DNA of 44,471 bases from Tubiluchus corallicola. Lineage: Eukaryota > Animalia > Priapulida. The translations under genes were made by a program, and so were the position numbers. The stretch's first letter is position 1. Each line of letters starts with the position of its first letter. Positions 1 through 10,686 of the stretch are shown piece after piece. The notes beneath the pieces are model-generated. The model was not told the origin of the DNA. It did no database searches and saw nothing but the letters and a program-made list of their open reading frames with translations. The stretch is taken from positions 1 through 44,471 of the forward strand of contig JAQGDQ010001359.1 of assembly GCA_030141605.1 (NCBI GenBank). Direction: 5' to 3'.

Positions 1-629
1 GATTGATGATGATCGTGGAAATGTCAAAGGTTAAGTGTAGCAGACAGTTTGTGTGCAAGCAACGTCGAATGCTAGCTATGAACCTTACCTAGTTCATTTT
101 TTCTTGTTCTCAAGCAAGATCCTGCTAGTAAATCACTTTACTATAAGGAATAGTGACTGCAGCTATAAATCTAAAATTCTATACATATATAAATTCAAAA
201 TTTTATACATATCAAACGGGCTATTATGACTTTCTTATATTTTTATTGTAGACTTTTTATTGTATTTACATACTCTGTTTTTAGCATTACTTTTAAATTA
301 CCGATGTTTTATTGTATATAATGCCATTGCGAACGAAATTTGCAGGGGGGGGGGGTTGTACAATGCTGTTTTTATGTTTTTCACTCCTGTTTTGTATCTG
401 GAAGAAATTCTGCAAGAAATGGTTTAAATTCAAAATTCTACGCACAGATTTATGCATAATTAAGCAAAGTCAATGTAAAACAACTGAAGTTACTGAACTG
501 ATGTGGTAGGCGGCTTAGCTTTATTCACATGTCACGTGGCGATTGTAATTAAGACGAGTTACTGTAGTACACTTAACCTTTTGACCTACAACAACTGCGC
601 GTGCGCACAACGAAACTGCGAAAAGGCTT
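1..629 (+). mobile_element. MITE family A (TIR AAGCCTTTTCACAG, AT flanks; ISL2EU/PHIS-like); left TIR lies outside the window; carries about 300 bp of extra internal sequence
   Basis: Ends ctgcgaaaaggctt|at; body aligns to copies at 31874-34120 and 35071-35442. Confidence 0.75.
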
Positions 630-988
630 ATTGCTATTAACGTCGTCATTCTCTGCTGTACCTTATGCTCAAATTTTCATTATTATTGTGTTAATGTTTA
701 CCTGCTGTACTTTCAGTACATTATCTACTTTTAGTCATAATATTGTAACTGCCATTTTCACTACGTCGGTGATCGTAAGACGCTGATTATTATTGTTGCT
801 ATTCAGTCGCAATTGATTCTTACATTGGACTTACTCTGACCGTGAGAGAGCCATGTAAACCTGCAGCTGCCACGTCTGTGGAGATTCGTCTTCCCCAAAT
901 TACCTCCTGTCTTGTTAGAAGTTACGCAACCTTTGCAGGCATTATGCAACAACATTTAGTTAACTACTTAATTAAACATAAATTGTTG

Positions 989-1208
989 CTCCTTTTCACA
1001 GTTTCGCTGTGCGCACGCGCAGTTGTTGTAGGTCAAAGGTTACGTGTACCACAGCAACGCGTCCTAATTACAGTCGCCACGTGACATGCGGATAAAGCTA
1101 AGCCGTCTACCACATCAGTTCAGTAACTTCAGTTGTTTTACATTGACTTTGCTTAATTATGCATAAATCTGTGCGAGGCATTTTGAATTTAAAACATTTC
1201 TTGCAGAA
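989..1208 (-). mobile_element. MITE family A partial copy, inverted relative to 407-629
   Basis: ccttttcacagtttcgctgtgcgc...catttcttgcagaa is the reverse complement of 407-626. Confidence 0.8.
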
Positions 1209-1483
1209 GAAATAGCAGAAGAAGAAGACATTTTGTGACAGTAACGCAAATTCAGAAAATTTACAGTCACAACTGTTCCTTTCTCCGTTTGTCCTTGAAA
1301 ACTGTTTGCTTAGCTAAATGGTGTTGGCAAGTTTATGTATTACTTTATCATGAGTGCTGAAAGCTTGGTTATATTATTAATAGTGTTTTTAATAATTCAG
1401 ATCCTTAACGTGCATAACACTGATCAATAAAATGACCACATTCTCTGCAAGGCTCTGATTGAGTGGTCTTGGGGTGTACAACC

Positions 1484-2051
1484 CAGTGGTTCCTAACGTA
1501 TTACTAGCCAAGTACCTTTGGAAATTCACTGATCTGTCGGGTACCCCTTAACCATTTTTTACCAATATGAGTTTCAAAAAAAAACATTTTACTACTGTGA
1601 TTTAATTATACAAGCAAAATCGATAAATGAAACACCAAATTCAAGAACAAAAGGGAAGAAAAAAGACGATCGGATGTCAAATCAGAAGAGGAACTTGGTG
1701 TCAAACTGTGAAGTCGTCTCAATGACCGTCTCGTTGTCGAGGGGGGGGGGCTTTTCCGGAAACCGCCAACCCCGCCTCTACTGCCATCTGTCAATGAATA
1801 GCAAATTGCTAAACGTTTTATTTTACATAAGAAATTAACCTCGTTATAACGCCAGGCAGTGCGCAGTGAATTACCTGAGAAACGTTATTGTGTTGCAAAA
1901 ACAACGACTTTTGAAAATACAAACAATCATGAAGTTCAAGGATTTAAATCTTGTAACTCTTTCCTCACACCACGAGGCCGTTACTCCCGTAAAATTCCTA
2001 CTCCGTGGCTGTACGCTGTACGGGAAAAATAACATTCTGACGTGCTACACG
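1484..2051 (-). mobile_element. hAT-like MITE, truncated copy
   Basis: Begins CAGTGGTTCCTAAC; mirrors 5399-5979 but lacks the 5308-5398 end. Confidence 0.6.
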
Positions 2052-2689
2052 TACAATAATATACGTACAATAATACACACGCACATATAATATATATGCA
2101 GTTTGTTTGATAAATCCGTTACATAAACTCACTAGACCAGCCGTTAAATTCAGTGCTGAATAGTTTCACGATGCCTCACATTAATTATACGTACAATAAT
2201 ATACGTACAATAATATACGTACAATAATATACGTACAATACACACGCACATATAATATATATGCAGTTTGTTTAATAAATTCGTTATGTAAACTCACTAG
2301 ACCAGCCGTTAAATTCAGTGCTGAATAGTTTCACGATGCCTCACATTAATTATACGTACAATAATATACGTACAATAATATACGTACAATAATATACGTA
2401 CAATAATACACACGCACATATAATGTATATGTAGTTTGTTTAATAAATTCGTTATGTAAACTCACTAGACCAGCCGTTAAATTCAGTGCTGAATAGTTTC
2501 ACGATGCCTCACATTAATTATACGTACAATAATATACGTACAATAATATACGTACAATAATATACGTACAATAATACACACGCACATATAATGTACATGC
2601 AGTTTGTTTAATGAATTCGTTATGTAAACTCAATAGACCAGCCGTTAAATTCAGTGCTGAATAGTTTCACGATGCCTCACATTAATTAT
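2049..2689. repeat. Minisatellite, 165-168 bp x4, with nested 14-bp subrepeats (acgtacaataatat)
   Basis: Unit ends cacattaattat at 2188, 2353, 2521, 2689. Confidence 0.95.
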
Positions 2690-3062
2690 TCTTCTCGTTG
2701 TTTCCAATTTGCCCATTAATTTTGTTTTTGTGGCTTTGTTGATTGTCGGCCAGCTGTGTGTTTTTGTCAACCCAGGAAATTTTCTTTCCAGGAAATGATA
2801 ATTAAACGAGGATAATACATCCGCAAATTCAACTGCACCATCTACAAACATCTCACTGCACTTTTCTCAAAGGACTCGTACTTTGCGATTCCACAAATTG
2901 ACAGTAAAAGACACAATACAGTCACTGTGCACAGCTGCTGCTCCACTGGAGGAAAAATTTCAAGTTGAATTATAGACGTACATAAAAACGTTTCAACATT
3001 TTAAATCAACGTGTATTGATATTTAAAAATCCAGTGTCAATGTTAATGCAATTTTTTTAAAC

Positions 3063-3521
3063 TATTGTTACGGAGGCACCTGTGTCGGGTCAGGCGTAGG
3101 GCCCTCTATACGCCCTGCCTCCACGTCAGCAGCGACTCACCCCTTTCTTGTAGGTCCAGACGTCTTGTTTGGGCCTACACGTGGTGTGAGAAGCCAGCTG
3201 ACCTGGAATGCCAGTATAAAAGCGTGTAGAGGACACTACAGCCTTGATTTCTGACACAAGTGCTCCTCGGGTGTAGTGCTGTTACTGAGTTTTATTTTTT
3301 GTGCACGTGAATTTTGGTTCCCTATTTTTATTAGTGCTGATAATAATCTCCGTACAGTGTAGTTTTTTCGTATTTTATTTTGACATGCTATAACAGATAT
3401 ATGGTACTAGTTTACAGATATTAACTTAGTTAATTAGCATAACATTTGTAATTAACATTAACATTTGTAGTTAAGTAATCGATACTACACAACGATAGTA
3501 AAATGGATCTTCATGATGCGC
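3063..3521 (+). mobile_element. Dispersed repeat with an LTR-like start (TGTTACGG, TATAAAAG); class uncertain
   Basis: A second, internally deleted inverted copy lies at 30012-30244. Confidence 0.55.
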
Positions 3522-4017
3522 AATATCAAGACCACCATGCCATCTTGGAGTTCGACCCCCTGAGTCGAATTCAGTCGAATATCAAGACCGCCATGCCATC
3601 TTGGAGTTCGACCCCCTGAGTCGAATTCAGTCGAATATCAAGACCGTCATGCCATCTTGGAGTTCGACCCTCTGAGTCGAATTCAGTCGAATATCAAGAC
3701 CGTCATGCCATCTTGGAGTTCGACCCCCTGAGTCGAATTCAGTCGAATATCAAGACCGTCATGCCATCTTGGAGTTCGACCCTCTGAGTCGAATTCAGTC
3801 GAATATCAAAACCGTCATGCCATCTTGGAGTTCGACCCCCTGAGTCGAACATCAAGACCGCCATGCCATCTTGGAGTTCGACCCCCTGAGTCGAATTCAG
3901 TCGAATATCAAGACCGCCATGCCATCTTGGAGTTCGACCCTCTGAGTCGAATTCAGTCGAATATCAAGACCGTCGTGCCATCTTGGAGTTCGACCCTCTG
4001 AGTCGAATTCAGTCGAC
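3522..4017. repeat. Minisatellite, 56 bp x9 (one 46-bp unit)
   Basis: aatatcaagaccgccatgccatcttggagttcgaccccctgagtcgaattcagtcg at 3522, 3578, 3634 and onward; no spacers. Confidence 0.97.
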
Positions 4018-4302
4018 TATTTTCCTATTCGCTAAAAGATGTCTGAAATTTCCATCATATCTGTGTCCATTGCCTTCAGCCTATTTCTTGCACTTTCTCC
4101 TCCTGCTAAATAATATTTTTCTCCTGTTCGTAAATGATCTATCAGCCAATGTGCGACTATAAAACTCCTTCAACAAAGTAGCATCCAATTTTGATCAAAT
4201 GAAATCCTAATCAAAACCTTCAAAGACCCTAATAAAAACGCTCAAAGACCCTAATTGCTGCTCCTGCTGTATTATTTAACTTGATCAGTATATACGAGCA
4301 TT

Positions 4303-4980
4303 AAGTTACGACAGACATGAATGGGGACCAACGAGAAACAATAAGATTGAATGGGGGCAGAGTTGAAAAGAGTAAAGACTTTTAAGTATTTGGGTTCAAT
4401 GATAGACGAGACTGCAGGAATGGAAAAGGAGGTGAATTTCAGGATTCAGTGTGGTTGGAATAACTGGCGAAAAGTTTCGAGTTTGATATGCGATAAGAGG
4501 ATTCCAGCGAGACTTAAAGGTAAAGTCCGCAAAGCAGTGGTCAGACCCGCCCTAATATATGGGCTGGAAGCAGCACCTCTAAAGAAGACCGAAGAGAAGA
4601 AAATGGATGTGGTGGAGATGAGGATGTTGAGATGGATGGTGGGAATAACAAGAAGAGATAAAATTAGAAATAATAATATCAGAGGAACAGTGAAAGTAGT
4701 GGAAGCCTCGAAAAAGATACAAGAGGCAAGATTTCGATGGTATGGGCACCTGAAAAGAAGAGTCGGGGAAGACTATGTGGGAAGGGAGGTCATGGAAATG
4801 GAAGTGCTGGGAAATAGAAGAAGAGGACGACCCAAGCTGAGATGGTTTGAATGTATTAACGGAGACCTTAGAGAGAAGAACATAAATAAAGAGATGGTCA
4901 ACAACATGAGTGCATGGAGAAGACTCATTCACAACGGCGACCCCGCATAGGGAAAAGCTTGGAAGAAGAAGAAGAAGAAG
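4303..4980 (+). mobile_element. 5'-truncated RTE-clade LINE with (GAA)n tail and target-site duplication
   Basis: TSD agtatatacgagcatt at 4287-4302 and 4979-4994; very short 3' UTR; GAA tail. Confidence 0.93.
4351..4950 (+). pseudogene. C-terminal fragment of the RTE reverse-transcriptase ORF (no catalytic core)
   Basis: Motifs FKYLGS, VVRPALIYG, MRMLRWM, RWYGHLKRR and RRRGRPKLRW are typical of RTE ORF C-termini. Confidence 0.92.
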
Positions 4981-5307
4981 TATATACGAGCATTGCAGGA
5001 CTAGGGACAAAAACGAGTCACAGTGCAAAAAAAACTACGCTGAGCTGATATAACTCTTTCAGTTCACATAACCAACAAATGAGTTTTAGATGCTGAATCT
5101 AGAAAAGCTCGTCGTGAGAGCCAGTTTCTTTCTAGGCGTCGTAAGAGCCTTTAAAACGAAGCTAACGGTGTCCGTCTGATAAAGAATGACTCAGATACAT
5201 TTATGAACGGGTGGGTCACGGTGGGACAGTTGCTGTGATTTACTTAAGTACTTATAATTTTTTAAGCATTTTGAGAAACGCTAAAGCTCATTCAATTTAC
5301 TATAGAC

Positions 5308-5979
5308 CAGTGGCTTTTAAGGTGGTGTACGAGTGCCACTTGGACTCGCAACAGCGACAATACGTAACAGCTAATCCAGGGGTACGCAAAAGTTCTGTCG
5401 TGTAGCACGTCAGAATGTTATTTTTTGCCGTACAGTGTACAAGTACGGAGTGCGAATTTTACAGGAGTAACGGTCTCGTGGTGTGAGGAAAGAGTTACAA
5501 GATTTAAATCCTTGAACATCATGATTGTTTGTATTTTAAAAAGTCGTTGTTTTTGCAACACAATAACGTTTTTCAGGTAATTCACTGCGCACTGCCCGGC
5601 ATTATAACGAGGTTAATTTATTATGTAAAATAAAACGTTTAGCACAGCAAATTCATTGACGGATGGCAGTAGGCGAGGTTGGCGGTTTCCGGAAAAGCCC
5701 CCTCGACAACGAGACGGTCATTGAGACGACTTCACAGTTTGACACCAAGTTCCTCTTCTGATTTGACATCCGATCGTCTGTTTTTCTCCCCTTTTGTTCT
5801 TGAATTTGGTGTTTCGTTTATCGGTTTTGCTTGTATAATTAAATCTCGATTGTATAATTAAATCACAGTAGTAAAATGTTTTTTTTTGAAACTCATATTG
5901 GTAAAAAATGGTTAAGGGGTACGCGACAGATCAGTGAATTTCCAAAGGTACTTGGCTAGTAAAAGGTTAGGAACCACTG
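5308..5979 (+). mobile_element. hAT (Charlie-like) MITE, apparently complete
   Basis: Ends CAGTGGCTTTTAAGG and GGTTAGGAACCACTG; subterminal GGGGTACGC near both ends; diverged 8-bp flanks ctatagac/gcttggac. Confidence 0.65.
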
Positions 5980-7476
5980 GCTTGGACGTACACCCCAAGA
6001 CCACTCAATCAGAGCCTTGCAGAGAATGTGGTCATTTTATTGATCAGTGTTATGCACGTTAAGGATCTGAATTATTAAAAACACTATTAATAATATAACC
6101 AAGCTTTCAGCACTCATGATAAAGTAATACATAAACTTGCCAACACCATTTAGCTAAGCAAACAGTTTTCAAGGACAAACGGAGAAAGGAACAGTTGTGA
6201 CTGTAAATTTTCTGAATTTGCGTTACTGTCACAAAATGTCTTCTTCTTCTGCTATTTCTTCTGAAAGAAATGTTTTAAATTCAAAATTCCTCGCACAGAT
6301 TTATGCATAATTAAGCAAAGTCAATGTAAAATAACTGAAGTTACTGAACTGATATGGTAGACGGCTTAGCTTTATCCGCATGTCACGTGGCGACTGTAAT
6401 TAGGACGCGTTGCTGTGGTACACGTAACCTTTGACCTACAACAACTGCGCGTGCGCACAGCGAAACTGTGAAAAGGAGCAACAATTTATGTTTAATTAAG
6501 TAGTTAACTAAATGTTGTTGCATAATGCCTGCAAAGGTTGCGTAACTTCTAACAAGATAGGAGGTAATTTGGGGAAGGCGAATCTCCACAGACGTGGCAG
6601 CTGCAGGTTTACATGGCCCTCTCACGGTCAGAGTAAGTCCAATGTAAGAATCAATTGCGACTGAATAGCAACAATAATAGCCAGCGTCTTACGATCACCG
6701 ACGTAGTGAAAATGGCAGTTACAATATTATGACTAAAAGTAGATAATATACTGAAAGTACAGCAGGCAAACATTAACACAATAATAATGAAAATTTGAGC
6801 ATAAGGTACAGCAGAGAATGACGACGTTAATAGCAATAAGCCTTTTCGCAGTTTCGTTGTGCGCACGCGCAGTTGTTGTAGGTCAAAAGGTTAAGTGTAC
6901 TACAGTAACTCGTCTTAATTACAATCGCCACGTGACATGTGAATAAAGCTAAGCCGCCTACCACATCAGTTCAGTAACTTCAGTTGTTTTACATTGACTT
7001 TGCTTAATTATGCATAAATCTGTGCGTAGAATTTTGAATTTAAACCATTTCTTGCAGAATTTCTTCCAGATACAAAACAGGAGTGAAAAACATAAAAACA
7101 GCATTGTACAACCCCCCCCCCCTGCAAATTTCGTTCGCAATGGCATTATATACAATAAAACATCGGTAATTTAAAAGTAATGCTAAAAACAGAGTATGTA
7201 AATACAATAAAAAGTCTACAATAAAAATATAAGAAAGTCATAATAGCCCGTTTGATATGTATAAAATTTTGAATTTATATATGTATAGAATTTTATATTT
7301 ATACCTGCAGTCACTATTCCTTATAGTAAAGTGATTTACTAGCAGGATCTTGCTTGAGAACAAGAAAAAAATGAACTAGGTAAGGTTCTAGCTAGGGCTG
7401 CGAGGCGTTGCCAAGTGCACACAAACGCGTTGTCTGCTACACTTAACCTTTGACCTTTCCACGATCATCATCAATC
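5399..7476 (-). repeat. Right arm of the large inverted repeat
   Basis: Reverse complement of 1-2051 with scattered substitutions and small indels. Confidence 0.97.
6259..6478 (+). mobile_element. MITE family A partial copy (mirror of 989-1208)
   Basis: Part of the right palindrome arm. Confidence 0.8.
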
Positions 7477-7497
7477 ACTAGAATTGTGAAAAGGCTT
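6838..7497 (-). mobile_element. MITE family A, full copy with both TIRs
   Basis: at|aagccttttcgcag ... ttgtgaaaaggctt. Confidence 0.8.
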
Positions 7498-7513
7498 CTT
7501 GAGTCTCTGTGGA

Positions 7514-7663
7514 TTTCATTTACGACTGCCATTGTTTCATTTACGACTGCCATTGTTTCGTTTACGACTGCCATTGTTTCGTTTACGACTGCCATTGTTT
7601 CGTTTACGACTGCCATTGTTTCATTTACGACTGCCATTGTTTCGTTCACTACTGCCATTGTTT
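7514..7663. repeat. Minisatellite, 21 bp x7
   Basis: tttcrtttacgactgccattg in tandem. Confidence 0.97.
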
Positions 7664-8439
7664 AAATAAGCCCCGCCTTCTATACTTTATTGTGCACAGA
7701 ATGTCTGCTGCATTATTAACAATAAAATATTACGCAATTTTGCTAAAAAAGACGACAGAGGGCGATTTGAATGATGATGCTCAGCTTCCTCATCATGCTC
7801 AGCTTCCTCATCTCTTTCCGCTTATCAATCAGCAAGTGTTGGTGGACGAGCGTGATGCCCCGCTTGCCGTTTGCCCAGTCAATCAAGCTTGATGGTGTTT
7901 GCCTCCATGTCATAATGAAAACATTCTCATTCAATCAATACTCGTTGCTCTCATGTGCCTTGCGATGACCAGATGAGCTCTCCATAATCAATGCCTTAGC
8001 CGGCCTTGTCAAGCCAGCTTCTTCGGGGGCAAAAAGTGGGGATCAGTATGGGTAGCGTGTCACGCAATTACACTCCAGCTTGAACTAAGCCTCCAGTTTC
8101 CCACAATAGCTGTATACGCCCGAGGATAGGACTCAACTAGCAATTAGGACTACAAATGAAGTTATGAAGTTTGTTTCTTTTGAGACACCACGGAGAAACA
8201 CGTGCAAAAAACCGAATGTCGGTCTTTGAGCCTTCGCATCGACTTGGTGTTAGCATTACATTTCCCAGGCATTAAAGGAAAAGGCAACCCTTATTTAGAC
8301 TTATTTCAATGTTGGCAGAAAATGTTAGAAGAATTTAGTAATAAAGTTGCGATCAACGCCTCGTGTAACCAGTAAGATCACTTTAAAGCCGCGATCACTT
8401 CATGCTTGGACGATCCCATTTTCAAAACCCAGCTTCTTC

Positions 8440-8690
8440 TAATTATTATTATTAATTATTAAAAATATTTATTGAAAATGATATAATAAGCCCTCTATTT
8501 GCAGGGCACATAAGTACAAGAATGTTAAATAAATCTGTACATTATGTACATTAAATAAATTTTTACATTAAATTCTTCACGGTTACCAGTTTCATACTAA
8601 ACAAGCTAACAATACTGCATTATGATTTATTAATTCTAAATACATGTCTAATATTTCCGAATAATATTTATACATGTTATACTTTATGTA
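8440..8690 (-). mobile_element. LINE 3' UTR with (TAA)n tail, RCAAATAG hairpin family
   Basis: Similar to the reverse complement of 20030-20200; hairpin at 8490-8507. Confidence 0.75.
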
Positions 8691-8707
8691 CAACTAGTAT
8701 ACAGAAA

Positions 8708-8710
8708 GAG

Positions 8711-8774
<64 letters not shown>

Positions 8775-8790
8775 GGGAGAGAGACAAGGT

Positions 8791-8844
<54 letters not shown>

Positions 8845-8897
8845 AAAGAAAGAGGGAGAGAGAGAGAGAAAAAGAAAGAGGGAGAGAAGGGAGGTGA
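8708..8897. repeat. (GA)n microsatellite
   Basis: Seen directly. Confidence 0.97.
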
Positions 8898-8898
8898 G

Positions 8899-9215
8899 AT
8901 TTTATTAATTATTATTAAAAATCTGCATTCAAAATGATACAATAAGCCCTCTATTTGCAGGGCACATAAGTAGAATAATTTTAAATAAACTTTTACATTA
9001 AATTCTCCACAGTTACCAATTTATACATACATAAATAATCTTACATTAATGTCATTCTTACATAAACATTATGCCTGTATAATCAATTTACTATAAGATC
9101 ATTTTGGGTTAGTTCTTTCACAATATCTATATACATTTTAATTACATTAGTGTCTCTCTTTCTGTAAATGTTTCGAATGTCATTATTTTCTAAGCCGCGC
9201 TCGAGATTCAACAAA
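8899..9215 (-). mobile_element. LINE 3' end (ORF2 last codons plus UTR), RCAAATAG hairpin family
   Basis: Encodes LENNDIRNIYRKRDTNVIKMYIDIVKELTQNDLIVN*, near-identical to the ORF ending at 20018; hairpin at 8946-8963. Confidence 0.85.
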
Positions 9216-9732
9216 TGGTAATTTCTTCCAATGACGTCATTCATCTTGAAGAAAAGTAACGCACTGTCAATCTTTGTCAAATGTTTAATAAGTTTTTACA
9301 AAAAAAATTGGATAACTAATTTTGTAGTATCCTTGCGTGAACATTAGGTAAGCTGCAGACGTTTGAATTAGCTTAAGCAGCGCCCGCTTACGGAAAGCCA
9401 CGACGCGCTTACGGAAAGTCACGAAGTCTCCCAGTTACGCCATGACTTTACAAGTGAATGGCGGCAACCACCACGTCTGAAAATTTCTATTCAGAGCAAG
9501 TATATTTCAAGTTTACGCTTTATAGGCAGTTCTTTGCAAATTTCATTGTTATATTTTTCTATGTTTACGTAATAAACCCAACATACTGAGTGACCTGTTC
9601 TTTCCTTTAATGTTCATTGTCAGCAAACAACTCTACTGCCGTTAATCAGTCGCTGTAGAACAATTATTATTGTAAATTGTTCGATTAATGCATGTAGACT
9701 TATTGTTTCTCCACCTGTTACTGATGGCAGAA

Positions 9733-9751
9733 ATGCCACTAGAGGGCGAGA
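9733..9751 (+). promoter_or_regulatory. CTCF-like motif
   Basis: gCCACTAGAGGGCGag matches the CCASYAGRKGGCR consensus; motif match only. Confidence 0.35.
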
Positions 9752-9837
9752 ATGTGCAATGAATCAACTTCCTGGGTCCAACTCAAGTTCACATCATGTC
9801 GACCAAATATGCAAAGTAAGGTAGCTATGTAAAAATT

Positions 9838-10330
9838 AGACATAGACATAGACATAGAACATTTATTTTCTCCAATTAGTTTAACATCAAAAGTTTTTTA
9901 AATATTAAGTAATTATAATCATGGAGCAGGGCAGGGAAGGACCATAGGTTCATCTAGTCTCCTGCCCTTTCTTATAAATAAATTAGTATATTAAAAATTA
10001 ACGGTGATGCTGCAGATAACAAAAACAGAAACAAATAACGAAAAATAATAATAAAAACAGTATAAATGATACAAATTATCAAAAAAGTACTGAAAACAAA
10101 AAATAATAAAGTTAGATACCTAAATCTAAACAAAACAATACAATTATTCAGTAATTAGGATTATTATATGTAGTAGTTCTAAATGGGGTCTTATTAACAG
10201 TGGAATTTGACCAGGGTTAGTGAAATTTCTTTAGCTAGTCTTTCTAGAATTAGTAATAACAAGGGAAAGTAGTATAGCTCAGAATCATATTATAGTAATG
10301 TTTCAGCTATATCTGTGGTACTTGAATTTT
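9838..10330 (-). mobile_element. L2/CR1-group LINE 3' UTR with (TCTATG)n tail
   Basis: Minus-strand AATAAA followed by a hexamer tail; stem gggcagg...cctgccc at about 9930-9968; the inner boundary is uncertain. Confidence 0.5.
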
Positions 10331-10332
10331 TT

Positions 10333-10523
10333 TGGATAAAGTTTACAATTCCCCGTACACAAGAAATTGAATCGCGAAGCGGATTAGGATTAGGGTTAGG
10401 ATTAGGCATTAAGGTTAGTGATGGCGTTAGGGTTAGGATTAGGCATTAAGGTTAGCGATGACGTTAGAGTTAGGATTAGGATTATGGTACTTAAATTGTG
10501 TGGGGAATTGTAAACCCCTTCCG
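10333..10523. mobile_element. Small MITE with internal telomere-like TTAGGR repeats
   Basis: Perfect 14-bp inverted repeat gtttacaattcccc (10341) / ggggaattgtaaac (10502); T7 runs on both flanks. Confidence 0.75.
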
Positions 10524-10686
10524 TTTTTTTGTAACACGTGGTGTGCAAATTTCTTTTTTCACATATTTTTATGTACTTTATTGGAAAGGTAAAAATAAAG
10601 AAAGAATTGACTAGAACTGTAATTAATTGAATAGCCTGGTCTGCAGTCCTCCTGCTTACGTCATTTAGCGTGAATTGATAGAGTTT

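Larger units (their letters stand above)
1..2051 (+). repeat. Left arm of a large inverted repeat (partner 5399-7476); probably extends beyond the window start
   Basis: Reverse complement of 5399-7476 along its length; ORF 312-509(+) translates identically to 6958-7155(-); inner junction cgtgctacacg at 2041-2051. Confidence 0.97.
8276..9606. mobile_element. Possible Kolobok-like MITE (TTAA flanks) interrupted by LINE tails and a (GA)n tract
   Basis: ttaa|aggaaaa ... tttcct|ttaa; the TIR is short and imperfect. Confidence 0.4.

Noticed and set aside
312-1084. Small ORFs duplicated at 6383-7155, suggesting conserved genes
   Set aside because: The duplication reflects the palindrome; the ORFs overlap MITE sequence and start at non-ATG codons
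3066-3394. Firm solo-LTR call
   Set aside because: A TGT start and TATA box are present, but there is no clear poly(A) signal, TSD or PBS, and homology with 30012-30244 extends beyond the putative end
3522-4017. CRISPR-like palindromic repeat array
   Set aside because: Units are contiguous with no unique spacers, there are no cas genes and the context is eukaryotic; the same holds for the other arrays
10381-10483. Telomere or chromosome-fusion relic
   Set aside because: Short, degenerate and enclosed by TIRs, so it is internal to a MITE
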